Origin: an uncultured virus (IMG/VR IMGVR_UViG_3300013132_004380)
Lineage: Duplodnaviria > Heunggongvirae > Uroviricota > Caudoviricetes
DNA length: 20,000 nt
IMG/VR virus record: IMGVR_UViG_3300013132_004380
Strand: one strand, 5' to 3'
In this document: positions 16,607 to 20,000 of the stretch, piece by piece
How the letters are laid out: every line of letters begins with the position of its first letter
Position numbering within the stretch: position 1 is the stretch's first letter
Notes under the pieces: generated by a model
Databases searched by the model: none
What the model saw: only the letters and a program-made list of their open reading frames with translations
Told to the model about the DNA's origin: nothing
Position numbers and translations under genes: made by a program

Positions 16607-17341
16607 TTAAATTACATAATTTTTACATTCATCTAGTGTCGATATTATAGTGATATTTGAATATTGTTTTAATATGCACTCTAATTTCTTTTTTTGAACT
16701 ATTTGTGCATGAGAATTTTTAGGATCTAAAAATAAATCATAATCGGGCAAGTAAAAATCAGGGAAATAATTATGTGTTACTCCATTATCGTCTATCCATG
16801 GAATCGGATCTGGTCTTGTCCATTTGACGTTAATTTCATCTAATCTTTTGGCTAATTCATATTCCCAAGTTGAATCTAACCATATGCCATGATATTCGAT
16901 TCTCTTTCTTCTTAATCTTCGATGATTAGATGCTAGCGCTCTTTCACGTAAATACTGCTTAGTTTCTTCGCTGTGAGGAGTGCCCGGTTTACCTTTTCTT
17001 TTAGCATAACTTTCGTCGTACTTTCCATCAGCATGAGCTTTTTTTAATGACGATATTCTTTTAGCCATAGCTTCGGCAGTTCGCATCTGAGAGCAATCAC
17101 TGTTTGTTTTTTTGTATTCATCTCTTTTAGGATTTTGTTCGCACCATCGAGAATGATTGGCTCTGATGTTTGCAGTCATTGCAGTATCAAAAGGCTTGTC
17201 ACAGTACTTACAATTTGTTAATTTTACAAATGGAGTATATGATCCATTGCATTTAGTAACGTGTTTTTGATAATTGCCGCCTTTTTTAGAAAAAAAGTTT
17301 TGACATTTAGGACATTCTATTTTAGTTTTTACTTTTGACAT
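16607..17341 (-). CDS. putative homing endonuclease: zinc fingers, NUMOD3 and PD-(D/E)XK nuclease domain
   Basis: CPKC..H...C and CKYC..HSRWC, GTPHSEETKQYLRE, and DSTWE...YFPDFYLPDYDLFLDPK. The true start is ATG 17341 because the track's extension runs through the tRNA-like RNA. Confidence 0.8.
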   Translation of the reverse strand: MSKVKTKIECPKCQNFFSKKGGNYQKHVTKCNGSYTPFVKLTNCKYCDKPFDTAMTANIRANHSRWCEQNPKRDEYKKTNSDCSQMRTAEAMAKRISSLKKAHADGKYDESYAKRKGKPGTPHSEETKQYLRERALASNHRRLRRKRIEYHGIWLDSTWEYELAKRLDEINVKWTRPDPIPWIDDNGVTHNYFPDFYLPDYDLFLDPKNSHAQIVQKKKLECILKQYSNITIISTLDECKNYVI

Positions 17342-17359
17342 GTTAATGTTAATAAAAAA

Positions 17360-17443
17360 TGGCACCACCGGGAGGAATCGAACCTCATGCCGTCCACCCA
17401 ACTCTAAGGATTGGTTTAGAAGACCAATGTCGGGCTCGGTGGT
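17360..17443 (-). tRNA. atypical tRNA-Arg(UCU)-like RNA lacking a canonical D-arm
   Basis: Acceptor ACCACCG/CGGTGGT-G-CCA, anticodon arm ATTGGT-CTTCTAA-ACCAAT and T-arm GAGG-TTCGATT-CCTC. Only AGCCCGAC lies between the acceptor and anticodon stems, and the variable region is about 22 nt. Confidence 0.7.
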
Positions 17444-17470
17444 GTAGTATTTTTATTTATCAAGAGTAAA

Positions 17471-17506
17471 CGAAAACTGCTGTCCTATCCGTTGAACGAC
17501 GGTCAG
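17471..17506 (-). pseudogene. orphan 5' half of a tRNA-Arg
   Basis: CTGACCG-TC-GTTC-AACGGATA-GGAC-A-GCAGT-TT-TCG, after which similarity stops. The D-loop has GG-A20. I found no matching 3' half nearby. Confidence 0.7.
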
Positions 17507-17522
17507 AATGATTTAAAAGTCT

Positions 17523-17551
17523 ATTATAAAAAATATTCTAATACTTGTCAA
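17523..17551 (-). promoter_or_regulatory. early-type promoter (cassette variant 5) upstream of the tRNA-like RNAs
   Basis: TTGACA(17551-17546)-AGTATTAGAATATTTTT-TATAAT(17528-17523). Confidence 0.85.
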
Positions 17552-17565
17552 GTTATAGATGCCAT

Positions 17566-18309
17566 CTACATCAACAAGACTCTGTTTATAATTGGCTTGA
17601 TGTTCTCAAGATTTTTATATTTTAAAACATTGGCGGTCATTGAATTTATGCTTTGTCTGATGTTTGCCCCTAACTGCGGCCAAACATCAACCAACGGTAC
17701 AACATCAACTTTTACTAAAAAAACACTGGATATATTATCCCCCAATGGCGCAGCAGTTTGTGTCTCTACTCTTAGATAAAGATCGTTTATGCTAGTAGGA
17801 ACAACATCTGACTTATATGCAGGATGATTACTTAAATTTGAATTTGTAGTCAAAGTCCACACTTGTCGTCTAAACGGACCTAAATTATTTTGGGCCATTG
17901 TTTCTGCCAAGCGTGGGCTAGCAGCAACCAATTTGTCGCTGTCTGCGACTGGTCGATGTATATCTGCTAGTGTCATTCCAATACGTTGACTGGGAATCCA
18001 ACTACTAGGAAAACAAAAACAAATAGAGGCCAAAACACCTTTGTGCATAATAGCAATATCTTCTTCTATTTGCAGTGCTAAGTCTTTTATTGAATCGGTT
18101 TCGCTTAGTTGTAAAAAGTTAGCAGTTTTCTTAACTAACTGATTAACTGTACTTTCATATGTATCAGCACACAAATCAGATTCTAGTTTGCTTAACTCTA
18201 GAACTTTTTGCTTAATATACTCTAAGTTAGGTGTGGTATTTAACAAACAGCCATCGAATCTTTTCATTCTTGGCTGTGTGGAATATGGAAATTGAATTTC
18301 AACTAACAT
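17566..18309 (-). CDS. DUF3445 / heme-dependent oxidative N-demethylase alpha-subunit-like protein
   Basis: QIEEDIAIM, CFCFPSSWIPSQRIGMTLADIHRPV, FRRQVWTL and LYLRVETQT match the family pattern as I recall it. Confidence 0.75.
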   Translation of the reverse strand: MLVEIQFPYSTQPRMKRFDGCLLNTTPNLEYIKQKVLELSKLESDLCADTYESTVNQLVKKTANFLQLSETDSIKDLALQIEEDIAIMHKGVLASICFCFPSSWIPSQRIGMTLADIHRPVADSDKLVAASPRLAETMAQNNLGPFRRQVWTLTTNSNLSNHPAYKSDVVPTSINDLYLRVETQTAAPLGDNISSVFLVKVDVVPLVDVWPQLGANIRQSINSMTANVLKYKNLENIKPIINRVLLM

Positions 18310-18484
18310 GAGAGTTAAGTTCTACCCTTTGTAATGCATCTTTGCGCATCAGAAAAGGCCTAGAATTAAGGTCTTTTCGTACGATCAAAAATTCTACCCC
18401 ATCAATGGTTTCTCGATGTTCTCGAATATTTTCGCAAATAACTTGTTCTCCTGTCACACGATTTTTAAATCGGACTGGTTTCAT
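18299..18484 (-). CDS. hypothetical protein
   Basis: 61 aa from ATG 18484 after SD GGAGG. Confidence 0.7.
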   Translation of the reverse strand: MKPVRFKNRVTGEQVICENIREHRETIDGVEFLIVRKDLNSRPFLMRKDALQRVELNSHVS

Positions 18485-18502
18485 AACTACCTCCAATATA
18501 AA

Positions 18503-18715
18503 TTAATTTAAATCTTCGTAAGGATCAGACTGAAGATATTGTGGATCATCGATGCTACGCCATTTTCCTGCAGGACACTCTGCTTGTGCAAATTTAACTT
18601 TAACAGGCATAATGCAATTGCAAATATTACAAAGTTTTAAGACAGTAAGTCTTGGACAACTTTTACAAATGTCATATCGTTGTTGTGCAATATCTCGACT
18701 AACAATCTTAAACAT
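18503..18715 (-). CDS. small Cys-rich protein (DUF6171-like)
   Basis: RYDICKSC...CNICNCIM..K......CPAGKW. Probable start at ATG 18715. Confidence 0.65.
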   Translation of the reverse strand: MFKIVSRDIAQQRYDICKSCPRLTVLKLCNICNCIMPVKVKFAQAECPAGKWRSIDDPQYLQSDPYEDLN

Positions 18716-19454
18716 TTGCCCACTTTCCATGTTCGATTGGAACGTAATGCGCTGGATCTCTTACAATCTCCCAACTAGTCGGGGGCCATGAAACTCCATT
18801 ACGATAAAGGTGTGTTTGCACAAGAAACTCAGGATTATACTTAATTCCATCTTTATACAAAGCATCAAAATGATCTACAGCATTAGTATATAAACTCATT
18901 GTATCAGGAAGTCCAATAGCGAATTGATCATTAAACCCCGTTTGAAAATATGTAAAATCGGTTATATACCCGTAACGCTGATTATTAGGAATAAAAATAC
19001 ATTTAGGATGCTGTTGTAATGTGGTTAGAGCCAATGGCAAATTAATTGGCTCACTTAATCCTAAGTCTGTCCTCGATCGTATAACTAAATCATATTTTCC
19101 AGCTATAACTCTTTTAGAATCACAGTATTTTAAAATATTGTATTGTTGCCAAACATTTATAGGTGTACTATTGTAAGATTCATAATCGAATGGTAAAGGG
19201 GCAATTTGCTCTTCTGTAATTACTTCGGCATGTTTAATAATATAATTTGCTGGTAAATGCGAACTTAGTTTTTGAATTATTTCCGAACCATCCCTAAGAT
19301 TACACCAGTTAGGCGACAATTTTGGATCCACACCGTCGGGCCGTCTCCAAAATACAATAAAAATATCAACTTCACTGCCTTGAAGATTTTGTAATTGACT
19401 ATCAAAATCAATACTAAATCTGGGATTACCTGATAACAAAAGTGCTGTTTTCAT
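18708..19454 (-). CDS. putative glycosyltransferase-like or glycan-modifying protein
   Basis: ALLLSGNPR, YDLVIRSRTDL, FNDQFAIG and NPE form a pattern I associate with phage and giant-virus glycan clusters. Function is inferred. Confidence 0.55.
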   Translation of the reverse strand: MKTALLLSGNPRFSIDFDSQLQNLQGSEVDIFIVFWRRPDGVDPKLSPNWCNLRDGSEIIQKLSSHLPANYIIKHAEVITEEQIAPLPFDYESYNSTPINVWQQYNILKYCDSKRVIAGKYDLVIRSRTDLGLSEPINLPLALTTLQQHPKCIFIPNNQRYGYITDFTYFQTGFNDQFAIGLPDTMSLYTNAVDHFDALYKDGIKYNPEFLVQTHLYRNGVSWPPTSWEIVRDPAHYVPIEHGKWANV

Positions 19455-19460
19455 GTATCC

Positions 19461-19736
19461 TTAAATAGTAGTAATAGCGAATTCAGGAACCGCTTGATTC
19501 AAATCAATTAATACCTCAGTGAGATAATTTTGATACTCTAATGCGGATGCCGAATCCACAAACACCATTCTATTTATTAGATTTCCAGCAATAATATTTC
19601 CTAAGGTATTAGCAGTTTTCATTTCATTGCATTTTATTGCTAAAAGCTCTGTCAGAGGATTGTAAGCAGGATTGGCATCTGGGGGCAAGCCTGTGGTATT
19701 GGGCGGCCAAGTAACAGTTAATTGTGTACCAAACAT
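19461..19736 (-). CDS. hypothetical protein
   Basis: 91-aa ORF with SD AGGA and a TATAAATA just upstream. Confidence 0.65.
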   Translation of the reverse strand: MFGTQLTVTWPPNTTGLPPDANPAYNPLTELLAIKCNEMKTANTLGNIIAGNLINRMVFVDSASALEYQNYLTEVLIDLNQAVPEFAITTI

Positions 19737-19757
19737 AATTTTTTCCTAATAGAATAT

Positions 19758-19765
19758 TATTTATA
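19758..19765 (-). promoter_or_regulatory. T4-type late promoter motif TATAAATA
   Basis: Exact TATAAATA in the intergenic gap. Related ATAAATA/ATAAGTA motifs occur at 17460-17454 and 5022-5016. Confidence 0.5.
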
Positions 19766-19796
19766 TTCAACAATAAAACAAAATAGTAATCGGGAG

Positions 19797-19871
19797 TGGT
19801 GGGGACAGGGGGATTCAAACCCCCAACTTACCGGTTAAAAGCCGGTTACTCTATCATTGAGTTATGCCCCC
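19797..19871 (-). tRNA. tRNA-Lys(UUU)
   Basis: GGGGGCA/TGTCCCC-A-CCA, ACTC/GAGT D-stem, ACCGG-CTTTTAA-CCGGT and GGGGG-TTTGAAT-CCCCC. Confidence 0.9.
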
Positions 19872-19877
19872 GATAAT

Positions 19878-19969
19878 TGGTGCCTCTGGTAGGATTCGAA
19901 CCTACGACCTGCCGCTTATCTGGCGCTACGGGGTATAAATCCGCTGCTCTTCCACTGAGCTACAGAGGC
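19878..19969 (-). tRNA. tRNA-Ile(UAU) with a 17-nt extra arm
   Basis: GCCTCTG/CAGAGGC-A-CCA, GCTC-AGTGGAA-GAGC, GCGGA-TTTATAC-CCCGT, then AGCGCCAGATAAGCGGC-AGGTC, then GTAGG-TTCGAAT-CCTAC. Confidence 0.85.
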
Positions 19970-19978
19970 AATAAACTT

Positions 19979-20000
19979 TGGCGGAAGAGGAGGGACTCGA
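19979..20000 (-). tRNA. 3' end of a further tRNA (truncated by the window; possibly Ser)
   Basis: TCGAGT-CCCTC-CTCTTCC-G-CCA. The anticodon is outside the window, so Ser is a guess from G73 and the acceptor stem. Confidence 0.7.

Noticed and set aside
17342..17401. N-terminal extension of the 264-aa ORF
   Set aside because: It is read through the tRNA-like gene. ATG 17341 is the plausible start.
17411..17428. Amber suppressor (CUA) reading of the atypical tRNA, and stop-codon recoding
   Set aside because: The ATTGGT/ACCAAT stem centres the 7-nt loop on UCU, and a CUA register breaks the stem. Genes are full length in the standard code and TAG terminates the 17566 gene.
17360..17506. A single intron-containing tRNA joining the 5' half to the downstream body
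   Set aside because: GCAGT has no complementary anticodon 3' strand downstream, CTGACCG pairs poorly with CGGTGGT, and the gap is too short for a self-splicing intron.
2099..19818. Short plus-strand and alternate-frame ORFs in the track (e.g. 2251, 3178, 5089, 5728, 6334, 6901, 8710, 13091, 17492, 18552, 19624)
   Set aside because: They are shadows of well-supported minus-strand genes or tRNAs, with no recognisable motifs.

Overview
AT-rich, gene-dense segment of a large tailed dsDNA phage (T4-like/jumbo-type, inferred from gene content), almost entirely coded on the minus strand. From left to right: a truncated SGNH-like gene, a conserved hypothetical gene, an oppositely oriented HNH/NUMOD3 homing endonuclease, a UvsW-like helicase, a heme oxygenase, a block of early genes each driven by a repeated sigma70 promoter cassette (AAA ATPase, hypotheticals, HD-domain alarmone hydrolase), an NDP-sugar cluster (RmlB-like dehydratase, RfbH/DdhC, SDR, split transketolase, glycosyltransferase-like), NAD+ synthetase, a kinase/phosphoesterase pair, a structured intergenic RNA, a zinc-finger/NUMOD3/PD-(D/E)XK endonuclease, a DUF3445-like protein and the start of a tRNA array. 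The most unusual signals are in the RNA genes: a 92-nt tRNA-Ile(UAU) carrying a second, GAU-anticodon-like hairpin in its variable region; a D-arm-less, rearranged tRNA-Arg(UCU)-like RNA preceded by an orphan tRNA-Arg 5' half; and a tRNA-Lys with a compensatory A19-U56 elbow pair. Product calls come from motif recognition by eye, not database searches.
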